64,000 bases of DNA, from positions 21,146 to 85,145 of the forward strand of contig JAUCBJ010005958.1 of assembly GCA_032718475.1 (NCBI GenBank). The letters run 5' to 3'. The stretch comes from Nemertoderma westbladi (Eukaryota; Animalia; Xenacoelomorpha). The translations under genes were made by a program, and so were the position numbers. Shown here piece by piece: positions 20,341 through 32,870 of this stretch; position 1 is the stretch's first letter; each line of letters starts with the position of its first letter. The notes beneath the pieces are model-generated. The model did not search any database, was not told the DNA's origin, and worked only from the letters and a program-made list of their open reading frames with translations.

Positions 20341-22776
20341 TGACCATTCTTAATTTTTTTGCAAAAAAAATTATTTTTATTTTTTCACTAAAATCGCTCT
20401 AACTTCGGTTCTGGTGGTCCAAATTCAATAAAATTGGTATATTCTTTGCCGTAATTTTTTTCTTAATCTTTTGAGAAGGGGTTATTTTTGGCCCCAAAAA
20501 AATTAAAAAAAAGGGTCAAAATAACGCGATATTTTTCGACCCTTAAAATTCGTAATTTTAATTATATATGTTAAGATAAAAGATAGCGGAGTTAATTTGA
20601 TACTTTTTACAGGTACTTTTGGCGCAATACGCTAAATTATAATGGAATAGCGATTTGTTAAAAAAAAAATTTTTTCGTCCCTTTTTATAAATATTATATT
20701 TCACACGATCGCCTGCCGCTCCAGTTTTATAATACCTCCGGCGCTGTGATTAACGCTGTTAGATAGATAATTTAACGCACTATAAGTCTGTGTAAACAAA
20801 TCTCCCGTAAGTTAAGTAGTTTTCGAGCTAGACGATTTCCCGCGAAGCAAGTTTGAAGCGCGAAATTATAATTTTGGCCCTCATTTTTTTAATTTCATCC
20901 TTGGAGCAAAACCGATAGCATATTTGAATTCCCCGTATGGATATTGACTGTATAGAATGTACCTTAACCAACTAAAGTTAAAAATAAAAAATTATTCGAT
21001 AAAAACTACGTTACAAATTCTGGCCCTTTTTGGCCCCTATTGCCGACATATTTTTTGTACCCCCATTCGATAGGAACGTAGCCCCAATGGTCTTCTACGA
21101 GTTTCATAAAAGAATTAGTGGATTCCTACCCGCGTTGTCGAATTAAACATTTCGGAAATACGTTTTCCAAAAAAGACGGACAAAAACGTACAAATTTACA
21201 GCCCCTTTTTCCACCCGAAATTTTAATAAATATCTTACCCCCATTCGATACGAAGGTAGTACCACTCTTCCCCTTTCCAACCGCGTTACTTTCGTCCCCG
21301 TACGATTAATATTAGCCGAGTTATAGCGGATCCCGCAAAGTCATTTTGTCCGTTTTTTCAACTTTGACGGACATTTTCGGAAAAAAGGCGTGGTAATATT
21401 TTTTGAAAAAAAAACGAATTCACTAATTAATCCCTTCTATCGTATCCCGACGTCGGCTAAGCAATAACCTAGGGTTTTTTCGAGCCACTGTAGAGCGCCT
21501 TTCAAAAAAATTTTAAAATTGTCGAAAAAATGACGGTTTTTTGTCCGCCGTGTCCGTCGAAGGGTTAGATTTAATAATGTTAGAGTTGCTAATATCTTAG
21601 AATTCCGAGCCGCTCCCCTGGCGAGAAAATAAAAAAATTTGGTCAGTTCCTTCATCGAAAAGTCCCCCAGAATCCCAAGTTAACCTATATAGTTAGCGAT
21701 GGCCTGCGGCTTTAGGAGCGGCCGCGGTATTCACCTCCCTCATAGCGGCCGCGGCGGTGTTGCGTCAAATGGAGAAATATTTATCCCACCAAGCGTTATG
21801 AAAACTTCATAATGATGCTGAGTACAGTGATTTATAAGATAAATATGCAAAGCATATAATGCATCTATTTAAATCTAATTAATGGATGACATTAATTAAC
21901 ATAGTAAAAGACATATTATGAGATTACATTTTCTAGCTGTCATGAGTATATTTATTAATTACATATTGCATTATGAGTTATGAATACTCAATAGCGAGAG
22001 AGAATGTTGAAATAAATTATTATACTTTATTATAAGTCAATTTATCATATTATGTCATATTATTCAGAATGATTTTGGTAGTAAAAGTAAAGGCTTGCTA
22101 AACTATGGGTCGGATTTTTTTCAAATTGATGTTAATCTGCATTCGCTTATTTTAAGCAAAATACCATCACCCTCATATCTATCATAACATTCTAGTTTAC
22201 GACGATTTATGGATGAAATTCTCGAACACCTACTTAAACGATTACAATTTCAATTTTAAGAAAAAAAATTTGTGGGTCAAATGAGTCTAGTGTGGGTTCA
22301 ATTGGGTCTAATTCAGTATACTCAAATTTTTACCCGCCAATCAAGCGTATTCTGTTAGATCAAATGGGTGGAGGAGTACAGTCTGACCATATATGTCCAT
22401 CTATATGTCATACGAAGGAAGTGCTTCCTAGGGGCTGGAGGGGGGTGGAAATGAGGTGAGGGCTGATTTAAAAAAAATGTTTTATATGTCCGGATGCGCA
22501 TTTTGCCCATTGCGGGTGTCCTCAGCCGATGGTATTTATTAAAATAAACAAATTAAAATAAAATTAAAGTAATTTATAAATAAAACATCCAAGGGTGTTA
22601 GCGGAAAGTCAGGTGCAGGCGGTAGACTTCCACCTCCCTCCAGCCCCCGAAAATCAAATTCAGTAATATTCCAAATATATTTATAACCACAATTGTATAG
22701 ATATTAATTTTATCTATATAACTATAACAGCACATTGAGATGCTATTAATTAAAATATTTAGTCACCACCATGCAA

Positions 22777-23385
22777 TCCACAATAGGCAAGCCCAATGCA
22801 GCATGCATTAAGAATGCTACGCCGGCTTATCAACAAAGTTGCACCGCCACAACACCCAATCCACCATTGCTTTCGTGAGATTATCCGCATCTTCAACGCC
22901 AGTGTCCTTTAAGGTTCGTCTCAAGAAAGTCATGGGCTGTCCACTATGGTTACTTTCTCCATGGGGCTGCCAAAGCACTACATTGTGCACAGGCTGGTCC
23001 TCAGGGCGAAAACAATGCCCTGCAAAGAGGAGGCGAGGCGTCTTTGTTGAAATGTCAAGCTTGGGGGAAGCAATGAGACACCTCCAATGATATGATTGGA
23101 GATGTGTGCAATGTACTTGACACAAAGAACCCGATTGTGAATGTGCAAATCAAGAAATTTGTTCATGCTTTTCCCTTGTATATTTGGAGGTCCTCACCTG
23201 ACTTCCGGATCCATGATCCCATGTAACAGAAGTCGTCCACATGCTCAAGCATACCATCTTTTTAGCTCATGCGCATACGCTATGAGATTTCCTGAGGACT
23301 TTCAAAGTTAATTGTCAAAATTTTGGTTTTCTTGGTGTTAACAAAATTCAATCACTAGAAGCAGCCTTTTCTAATGAGCTGTGAG
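22777..23385 (-). mobile_element. Internally deleted RTE family A 3' fragment
   Basis: Nucleotide similarity to 32100-32820; FAGHCFR..QPVH motif. Confidence 0.8.
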
Positions 23386-24050
23386 CTGAGCTGTTCTCAT
23401 GCTCATATCTTTCAGTTCGGGAGTAAACTGCTTGTGGTCGCAACTCCTACAAGCTTCTTCACAGTAGGTCGAAGTTGGTTGATTATCTTCCGCTGATCTT
23501 GTCAGCATGTCTAGCCGTTGGTTGATTACCTTCCACCTATCCAATGCCTACAGCCCAGCTGCCGACTATAGACGTCCTTTTGTTACACCCTAAACCAAGC
23601 GTGCCTCCTGGGTTAGGTTACCTATCACTGGTAGATTAGCATCCAGTATTGTGTCGGGATCCCGGTTGGCCTGAGATCCCGACCGATTGACTTTATGATT
23701 GTTCCATACGCGCGCGCGCTAGCTATTGGCTGGGTGGATAGACTGACTAGGCTTGGCCGTAGGCCGGTAAAATAATAGAGTTTGTTTGCTAGACGTTTCT
23801 ATTAATAGGCTGTAGTAGAGTGTAGCTGTAGTGATGATAGCACACCGTATGCGGTGGAAAACTATTTCACCTCTACTACAAGGCATAAAATGCCAGCTGA
23901 TTGCACAATGCATGTGACCATTAATATAAAGGGGAAAATACATTGCCCATAAGCTAACACATTACATTGGCCTCTGGACGATACAACATTCTAAACCTCC
24001 AGGTGCAGCCATCCTATTGGCTACCTTATCGGTACGAACTAAAATACTGA

Positions 24051-24130
24051 ACCAGCTGAAACCAGCTGAAACCACCTGAAACCAGCAGTAAACCACCTGA
24101 AACCAGCAGTAAATCACCTGAAACCAACTG
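24051..24130 (+). repeat. 10/11-bp minisatellite (ACCAGCTGAA-like)
   Basis: About 8 directly visible tandem units. Confidence 0.8.
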
Positions 24131-24145
24131 TGAAAAACAATAATA

Positions 24146-24915
24146 TTAGTTTCTAGGGGAACTCGGCTGGGAACCAGGGATGCTACCTTATATCCTAGAC
24201 ACGAACTTAGATCCTGGGCTCTATCTAGTTGACGGCCTTAGATCCTTGGTGTGATATTACTGATTCGACCAGCGACCTTAGATCCTAGATGCGAACTTAG
24301 ATCCTTACGATTGTCTCAGAACCTTACTTAGATCCGAACTTAGATCCTACACACGAACTTAGACCCTGAGAAAATAGATACGAACTTATATCTTGAGACC
24401 TGAGATACTGCAATTCTTGGCAGTTCAGCAGTTTGGCTATATTACAACAATTACGGTAGGCCTAGTACAGCAGTACGCTACAGTTCAGCAGTAGTGACAT
24501 TAACCAGTCTTAGCATCTGTACTGTCTAGCATCTCTGGAATACAGGAATAGCATATGTCTTTACAGCTGTATGTTCTGTTCTGTTCATACCCTGCATTCG
24601 TAGGCATACTACATCAGTACATTACATACAGATCAGTCTGACAGCACTGCACACTGTCTGACTGCACATACTGTAGGCTTCATACTGTAAAAATATTTAG
24701 CCATATTACAGGGTAGGGTAGGCCTACAGTATTTAATTTTTATTTAATTTAAATTTATATTTTTAGTTTCTAAGTTCGAATGCAACAATCAAGGTCGCAC
24801 CTGTAGATCGCACCCAGGATTTAAATTTGCATTTAGAATCTAAGATTGCCCCCAGTTAGTGTCTAGGATGTAAGGTAGCACCCCTGGTTCCCAGCTGAGT
24901 TCCCCTAGAAACTAA
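24146..24915. mobile_element. MITE with ~56-bp TIRs and internal GAACTTAGATCCT repeats
   Basis: TTAGTTTCTAGGGGAACTCGGCTGGGAACCAGGG..CCTAGACAC is mirrored at 24859-24915; about 7 short repeats at 24200-24395. No TSD resolved. Confidence 0.75.
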
Positions 24916-26499
24916 CACTGCTCCAACACCCACTCTTGACCAACTAAAATGATGAATAGGCTATTCCAACTTCTGCCCAAGACCATCAGTGGCCAGAGAT
25001 GGTCATGTCAGGGATGTAGAAACATAGTAAATTATCTCACCACTTACGGCAGTCAGTCTCGACACTCTCTACACAGCACTGCATGTGCTGTAAGCACATC
25101 CTGACATCTAAACCCCGGATTGTTGTAACGGAAAACATCTGACTGCTGATTAACTGCCGGCACCGCATATTTTATACTGTTATTCATTGTTGTTTGGTAA
25201 CATATTTAATGGATGTTTATATTTGGAGAATACGTATGAATAAATCAATAATCCCCACTAACTTTCTTTATTATTGAGGTAAGCAAGGGAACATTAGTAA
25301 CAATTGCTTGGCTCAAATTCTATATGAATTTTATACTATTTCATAACCCCAACGTAAGCGAGCTAAGTTTCTCCTTATATATGAGTAAAATTGGTAACAG
25401 TCGGCAAATTAACGTGTTTCAGTATTATTGTCAGTAAAGTGAGTGTGAGCGAATAATTACACATTCCTAAAGAATGTAAAACTGTGATGTTCCATAACCC
25501 TCCGTTGTGATTAGTATAAGTCATAACTCTGTCTGATATTTAAAGCGCAGCATCTAAAGTACTCAAAACTGTTGATATTGCCCTGAAAATAAACATAGTT
25601 TTTGGAGATTATATAGTAGAGATCAATCGAATAATGCAAAGTAGCCTACCCACTGCCACTCTCGGCTATAGAATTTTACTGTGGTCATATTTTGTGCGGG
25701 CTGTCAGACAACATAAGACACATAAATTAGCAGGTTAAACTCTAGAAGGTCTAAAAGCGCGAACAACAATCGATACAAATAACATCGGATTAATCACAAA
25801 AATCAAACTGTAACCGTGTCATTGACTTTAATTGATTGTTTTGGTTAGAATAACTAGCCACTACTGTAACCCACTCCTCTCCCTCAATTGATAATTTAAT
25901 CATGGATTGTAATCATGGATACCGGATATTAATATACCTACAGTAGATGCGAATAGCGTCCATTTACCCCACCTGTCTCTACAACGTAAGAAGTTGTGGC
26001 ATTCGAAGAACAGGAATTAAATATTTGGTGTAGAAACAAAATCTATCTAAAAGTCTAAAAAAATCTAAAAACAGAAATTTGATTTTATCGGAAAATTTTA
26101 AGCGTTTATAAATTTATTTTATCATTTACATGGTTGGGATTTTTCAACACAATATTTGAAAAAGAATTTGTTTTCAAACCCAGACCTTATTTATCAATAA
26201 TGTTATCATCTTTCATGTGTAATCATCTTTTTTTCATTATATATTAGATTATCAAGATAAATTATAAGTGATTCATGAATGAGTATTAGTCATCAAATCA
26301 TCAATAATGATAAATCCTTCAAAGCTTACAAATAATTAGCTATCAAGAAATTGTTCTCTAGAGATTCATAAATTTTAGGTAACGGTGGACACAAAATGCG
26401 ATATGGACGGGCAGATTGTACTGTGTAGAATTGTGTACCCTGTAGGGGGTGGTTGGGGGGGGGGGGGGGGTGGATATTGGGAAGTAGATAAGGGTTTAA

Positions 26500-28107
26500 G
26501 GGGGGGGTACACCCCCCTATGGACCTTTTTTGCAAATGGCTATAATTTCTGCTTGTGTGTAATTTTGTATATTTTATACCTTTCGGGGGATTAACATATG
26601 GCCAAAGATTGGGTTCAAAAAAAAAATTTTCAAATTTGCGTCGCCCTCTAGCGGCCACCAGCGAAATTGTTAATTTCACTAAAAACACTACTAGTCTCAC
26701 AATTTTGGGCGAAAATTTTCGAAACTTGGTTTTTCTGAATCAGCATCCTCGGCTCCACAAAACTTATCGGTTACATTTTTTATTTAGGTCTTAAATATTT
26801 TTTAAATATTATTAACTAATATTAATTATTACTTAATAGATATTAACTAATTTCAAGAAATTAATATGGCACAATTCAAAATTCTAACCGATAACTTTTG
26901 ATCAAAACCCGAAAAGAAATCAAACAAAAAAAAAATTTCGAAAATTGGTTAAGAAATGGCTGAGTAGTAGTATTTTGAATGTGAAAAATACAATTCCGAG
27001 ATAAACGCATTTAAAGTTTAAGAACAATATATTTCAAATGTTCCCGCTATTTTCAGTACTGGTATCTCCTTTTCTTTTCCCATTGGTTATCCCCTATCCA
27101 TATTTTGTGATTTCTCAATGGATTTCATGAAATTTGGTTCAAAAAAACCCCTACCCACTTTTAACAACCTGTTAAAATAATTTTAGAGTGCTTGCCAAAA
27201 AACACTTCGCGCAGCACGTGAACAAATTACATTTTGGCGTATTGATTTGATCGCATACTATTTCGTCATTTAGTAATAAATAGTCATGGAATAATGAGAT
27301 AACCTTAAGAAACATTCAAAATTATATAAAAATTTCCACATAATTTTATAATAAGCCTTTACACAGAACATTAAGCTTTGCGCAGCACGTGAAACCTTCG
27401 CGCAGCACGTGAGACATTTGCGCAGCAGGTGAAGGTTTCACGTAGCACTTAAATTCTTCATAAAGCACGTTAATTAATCGAGCACCTCGGAAAGCTTTTT
27501 GATCAGAATGAGAAGCCTTCACGCGGCACATGAAAAGTTCATGCTGCACATGAAGACTTCGCGCAGCACGTGAATTATTCTCAGAGCCTGCGGAATTAAA
27601 AAAAAATAAGTTTATGGTTGTTTCCCAGAATAATTATTACTAGCTATTGTTATATGATGGTTCACATTTGTTATTACTAGTAGACAACTAGTCCATTAGA
27701 CAACTGTTCAATATGTAATACAAAACTCACAAATATCTATTAAATATATATTAATTAAAATTTGACGGACATGTTGACAGACAGACAGACATACAAACAG
27801 ACAGACAAACTGAGAGACAGACTGAGATACAGACATAGTGATTAGATAATTCCAAATATTAAAACAGACATCGACATTAAGAAAAATCCTAACAGTAAAC
27901 ATTTCAGATTGCTTATTTTATGCCCTTTTTAATATTTCGATGGACAGACAGACAGACATACAGACGGAAAACCAGCCATTACTCGAGAAGTAAAAGAGAT
28001 CTCGCTAAGCCGTTTCCAGATTTGAAATCCGCATTAAATTCTACTCTAGATGAAATAAAAAAACAAAAAATGAAAATTTTGACCTGAGGGGGGGTGTACC
28101 CCCCCCC
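26500..28107. mobile_element. Non-autonomous Kolobok-type element
   Basis: TTAA|GGGGGGGGTACACCCCCC ... GGGGGGGTGTACCCCCCCCC|TTAA (TSD at 26496-26499 and 28108-28111). Confidence 0.75.
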
Positions 28108-29054
28108 TTAAGTGGGGGGGGGGGGGGGGGGGGGGGGGGTGTGAGGGGGGTATAATTATGTATATAACCAGACAAAAGTTGATTGACTGTATATAGAATG
28201 TTATCTGATGACAGGGATCCATAGCTATTCGCTTAGAATTTAAACATCATATTATATAGGATATATTTACAATCATCAACTATCCAGTACAGTACCATTA
28301 TCTACTTACAGCAAATAATAAAAAAAAACAATTATCACATAAACCTCGGCTAATCACTTTCAGACAGATTCTGTGAAGGTAATTTCCAGACTGAAATCTG
28401 ACAGCAAAGATCAGGAAACATTAGTATTCTTCCTGCAGTTTGAAGTAGCGACCATTTTATGGTTCCGTATTATTCCGTAATCCTTGTAAATCTTTGAGCT
28501 ACAAACTGATGCGTTACACAGTTTGATGGGAATAAATTCAATCAGTAAAGCCTAAACCACTTATATTATTATGTATATTAAAAATTCAGGTAGGGCATGG
28601 AATACTAAATATAGACGGAACCGCATTAGTGTTATTTTTTCGGCCCCGATATTTTTTTCAATAAAGTGGTAGTATATGCCATAGAAACCCCAGAAAAAAA
28701 ATTTAAGCAAATTCGACCGGAGCGTTCTCGAGATATAATCCGTCAAAGTTTTCAAATTTGCCAACAAGAAATGCAGTGTTGGGGGCGATTTAAGCTTATT
28801 TGCGATATATTTCTATGGCAACAAGTAGTACTGCCATTATTCTTGAACTGCGCTGTTGTAAAATTGATGCGTTGGTTTGTCAACAATATTATTATTACCA
28901 CAACTAGCTACAGCTGCACTATTTTAAAACAATATTTTAACCGATAATTTTTCGATTACAATTAACCAGTAGGCCTACATCGCGGTAACCTTTAGTCTCT
29001 ACACAGTAGGGTCTTCATTACTTCACTGGCGACACATAGTGAACTATCTACATC

Positions 29055-29169
29055 ATGCCACGTACTTGTTTAGTTTGCAAGTCAAAAGACCATTTGCACC
29101 GGTTTCCTATTGATGTTGCTGTTTGCAATGAATGGAAACAAGCGCTTCGTCAGGGGCTGAATACGCCAG
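29055..29169 (+). pseudogene. First exon of a THAP-domain (P-type) transposase remnant
   Basis: MPRTCLVCKSKDHLHRFPIDVAVCNEWKQAL matches the THAP N-half (C..C, HRFP, W) and ends at the donor CAG|GTAAGG. Confidence 0.65.
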
Positions 29170-29769
29170 GTAAGGAATGTTCTACGACATGTTATCTATT
29201 TGGTACTACTATAGTATGTGTGTAGCCATGGTACAGCAAATTTATAAAATTTGTATGTCTTTTTATTTGGTTTTATTGCATTTTATTATGTTCTAGAACA
29301 TTGGTGATTGTTCTAGAACCTTAGTAGACATTTTTTCTGACATCTAGTAGTATTTTTGAAAATAAAAAAAATAATATTTTATTTAGTGTTTTTTTAATAT
29401 TGGAAAACATTCTAGAATCAATGTTTTCACATTTTTTTATAATTTCAAAAAATACTAGCTAGTTAAAAAAAACGGTAAACAACAAGAACAAAGCGAGTCC
29501 AACATTACATAGACTACTAATAAACCAAATAGATACCACTGAAGTTGTCTGCTCTGAACACAGCGAGAAATTCAAACCAAAATTACTACAAAAACTGGTA
29601 AACGTTTTCCTTAAGGCTGAGGCTAGTCACATGAAAGAAATTATTGATGAACAGGAAATGTATAAAACGGGACTGAATGGATTTAAAGCGCCACAGTTAT
29701 ACAAGAAAAAACGGATTCTTTAGTCAGATATTAATCAAAATAACATCCATCCCTTTCAAAACTGCCTGG

Positions 29770-30350
29770 CACTGGCCTGTCGTCTCTACTACCACTGCCA
29801 CCCTGGCTGTTGTTTCTACTATCACTCCCACCCTGGTAGTTGTTTCTACTACCACTGCCACCATGGCTGTTGACTCTACATCCATTGCCACCCTGGCTGT
29901 TGTTTCCACTACCTACCACGTTGCCACCATGGCTGTTGTTTCTACTACCACTGCCACGTTGCCACCCTGGATGTCATATCTACTACCACTGCCACCCTGG
30001 TAGTTGTTTCTACTACCACTGCCACCCTGGTAGTTGTTTCTACTACCACTGCCACCCTGGTAGTTGTTTCTTCTACCACTGCCACCCTGGCTGTTGACTC
30101 TACATCCATTGCCACCCTGGCTGTTGTTTCCACTACCTACCACGTTGCCATCATGGCAGTTGTTTCTACTATCACTGCCACCCTGGTAGTTGTTTCTACT
30201 GCCACGTTGCCACCCTGGCTGTCGTTTCCACTACCTACCACGTTGCCACCCTGGCTAGTTGTTTCTACTACCACTGCCACGTTGCCACCCTGGCTGTCAT
30301 CTCTACTACCACTGCCACCCTGGCTGATGATTCTACAACCACTGCCACCT
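29770..30350 (+). repeat. 30-bp minisatellite (ACCACTGCCACCCTGGTAGTTGTTTCTACT) with 9-bp indel variants
   Basis: Directly visible; it explains the overlapping low-complexity ORFs here. Confidence 0.9.
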
Positions 30351-31914
30351 GGAGACTCTGCCAGCAATCAGAATAATAGGAGAATCGCCACTCGTATCTT
30401 GACAATCACCACTACTAGTGACAGCTATACATCTTTGGAAATGGGGTGTCCAGTACTTGGCAGTACTGCTGAAGAGGCCTAAAGCCGGCCGAAACGCCGT
30501 TTCTATTAATGGTTTATTATTATTATACTGCATAAAGAATCAATTACATAGCCTCCCTATACATACTGTATATATTACATTATATAAAGTAGGATAGAAT
30601 AAATTACTGTTTTCGACACAATGTAGTGCCACAATCACTACACAATTATATTTAATTATAAATTGAATTGATATTATATTGTATCAATAGGGTGGGGGGG
30701 GGGGGGGGGGGGGGGGAGGGTAATATATAAAACTAATAAAAGTGTCAAAATTAGCTTCCACAGCAGTGTTTATTTAAATATATTTAATATATATATTATT
30801 AATAGATTTTACCTCGTTGCTATAGTTACCTGTGCTAGAAATAAAAATAAATAGGATAAAAATAAATAGGGTAGTAGATGCAAAAAATAATTAATTCATG
30901 GCAAAACCTAGAAATTTTATGTTTGCCCGGTTTCCATGGAAACGCTCCGGTCAAATTTGCTTAAATTTTTTTTCTGAGGTTTCTATGGCATATACTACCA
31001 TTTTATTGAAAAAAATTTCGGGGCCGAAAAAATAACACTAATGCGGTTCCGTGTATATTTAGTATTCCATGGGTAGGGGGGTAACTGGACGCAATAAATT
31101 TCATCCCTCTCCAGGGGAAATTCGACGCAAATAACAGATGATTATTCTCAAAAATAAACTCTAACCTGTTCTATTGTGTTTAGTTTATTGTTTTGGTTAA
31201 AATAACGTGCCACTGTAACCTGTTCCTTTCCCGAAATTGAAAATTTAACATTGAGGCGGGATATCAATTCGTCAAGATGGGATTTGCGTCCAGTTTCCTC
31301 CCTGTCTCTAAAAATTCTGTCACCACCCAAATCAATGGAGTGAAAAGCATTATATTGCTCAGTAATGCATATTGACCATAAAGCAAGTTGACGGTTATGT
31401 CGTTCCAAAAGCACGTAAGATCCAACTACCCTCCAGACAAGTACTACAAAGATATTGATATTACCATTTATAATACAGTCATCTCATCAGGAAATGTCTG
31501 ATGTTATGAGCACTACTACTATTAATACTACTATAATCGGCCTGCTGCATTTTAGCGCACTTGATATGCTATGCTGACTTACAAACAACTGGTTTAAATA
31601 AAACAATGCAATCCACAAACGGTATGCTGATAATGCAGTATGCATTAAGAATGCTGTCATCTTATCGACTAACTTGTACGCCATAACTATCTATCCCACA
31701 TGATGTTCGCGAGATTCTCCCCCATTTTTAAGGCCAGTCACATTTAAGAGGCGTCTGAAGAATATCATGGGCTGTCCACTAGAGTCCAGTGTCCACCATG
31801 CTTATTCTCTCCATCAGGATGCCAAAGCACACGATGGTGGAGCACACACACAGTCTGGTAAATTTTCGAAAGCAATGTCGTGCCAATATGAGTCCCCTCC
31901 AATGATATATTAAT

Positions 31915-32870
31915 TGTGCTGTTCTACGCATGTCCTTAGATCATCATAATGATGATGGGGTGATGGTAACTCCACCTACTGGCTCCAGAAGTCGAGGAAA
32001 TCCTGCCAAGTACCTAACTGATTTAGACTTTGCTGATGACTTAACGAGTACTCTCAGAATCACTAGAGGGAGCCCAACGGCTCCTCAGCTCATTAGAACA
32101 TGCTGCTTCTAGTGTTGGTCTTTTTATTAACTCCAGAAAGACCAAAATTTTGACAGTTAACTTTGAAAGTCCTCAGCAAGTCTCTGATCGGATGAGCATA
32201 AGCTCAAAGGATGGTATGCTTGAGCATGTGGACGACTTCTGTTACCTGGGATCATGGATCCGGAAGTCAGGTGAGGACCTTCGAATACGTAAGGGAAAGG
32301 CATGGGCAGCCTTGAATAGGCTTTCCAGGATTTGGAAGTCACCGAGAATTAATCGGAAACTTACGGTCCGATTATTTAGAGCAGCAGTAGTTCCAGTACT
32401 CCTCTATGGGAGTCCATGCTGGGCTCTAACTGCCGAGGACACCAAATCTTTGGATGGCACATTCACAAGAATGCTACGCCGGGTTCATTGTGTCAAGTAC
32501 AATGCACACATCTCCAACCAGACACTGTATAACATTGGAGGTGTCTCATTGCTTCTCCCAAGCTTGACACTAGAACCAAGTCGCCTCCGCTTTGCAGGAC
32601 ATTGCTTTCGCCGTGAGGACCAGCCAGTGCATAATCGTAGTGCTTCGGCAGCCTCATGGAGTGAATAAGCATGGTGGACAGCCCATGACTTTCTTGAGAC
32701 GCATCTTAAAGGACACTGGCTCTTGAAGATGCGGATGATCTAGCAAATGTCATGGGTGATAGGGAGTTGTGGCGCCGCAGTTTTGTCGACAAGCCGGCAC
32801 AGCGTTCTTAAAAATGCAGCTAAGGCCTAACTAATATACGACACCCGATACTGCGACACACACTAGTAAC
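31915..32870 (+). mobile_element. 5'-truncated RTE family A copy; an older inverted 3' remnant lies at 31605-31900
   Basis: Nearly identical to the reverse complement of 410-868 plus 2127-2420, and uninterrupted at the L2 site. Confidence 0.88.

Larger units (their letters stand above)
28596..31071 (+). mobile_element. Internally deleted P-superfamily DNA transposon
   Basis: About 130-bp TIRs beginning CATGGAATACTAAATAT and ending ATATTTAGTATTCCATG, a 7-bp TSD GGTAGGG (28589-28595, 31072-31078), and a THAP-like exon inside. Confidence 0.8.

Noticed and set aside
19560-21700. Large non-autonomous DNA transposon
   Set aside because: The composition looks TE-like, but I could not identify TIRs or a TSD.
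23390-23700. HDV-like ribozyme at an RTE 5' end
   Set aside because: Hairpins are present (for example GTCGGGATC/GATCCCGAC), but I could not build the nested double pseudoknot.
29677-30533. Mucin-like or Gly/Asn-rich protein genes
   Set aside because: Several frames are open only because of the 30-bp repeat.
26455-30720. Functional G-quadruplex elements at poly-G runs (26455, 28114, 30694; also 15718 and poly-C at 41408)
   Set aside because: These are simple homopolymers with unreliable lengths and no functional evidence.
31605-32870. Twin-priming inversion of a single RTE insertion
   Set aside because: Both pieces contain the same 3' end and differ greatly in divergence, so two separate insertions are more likely.
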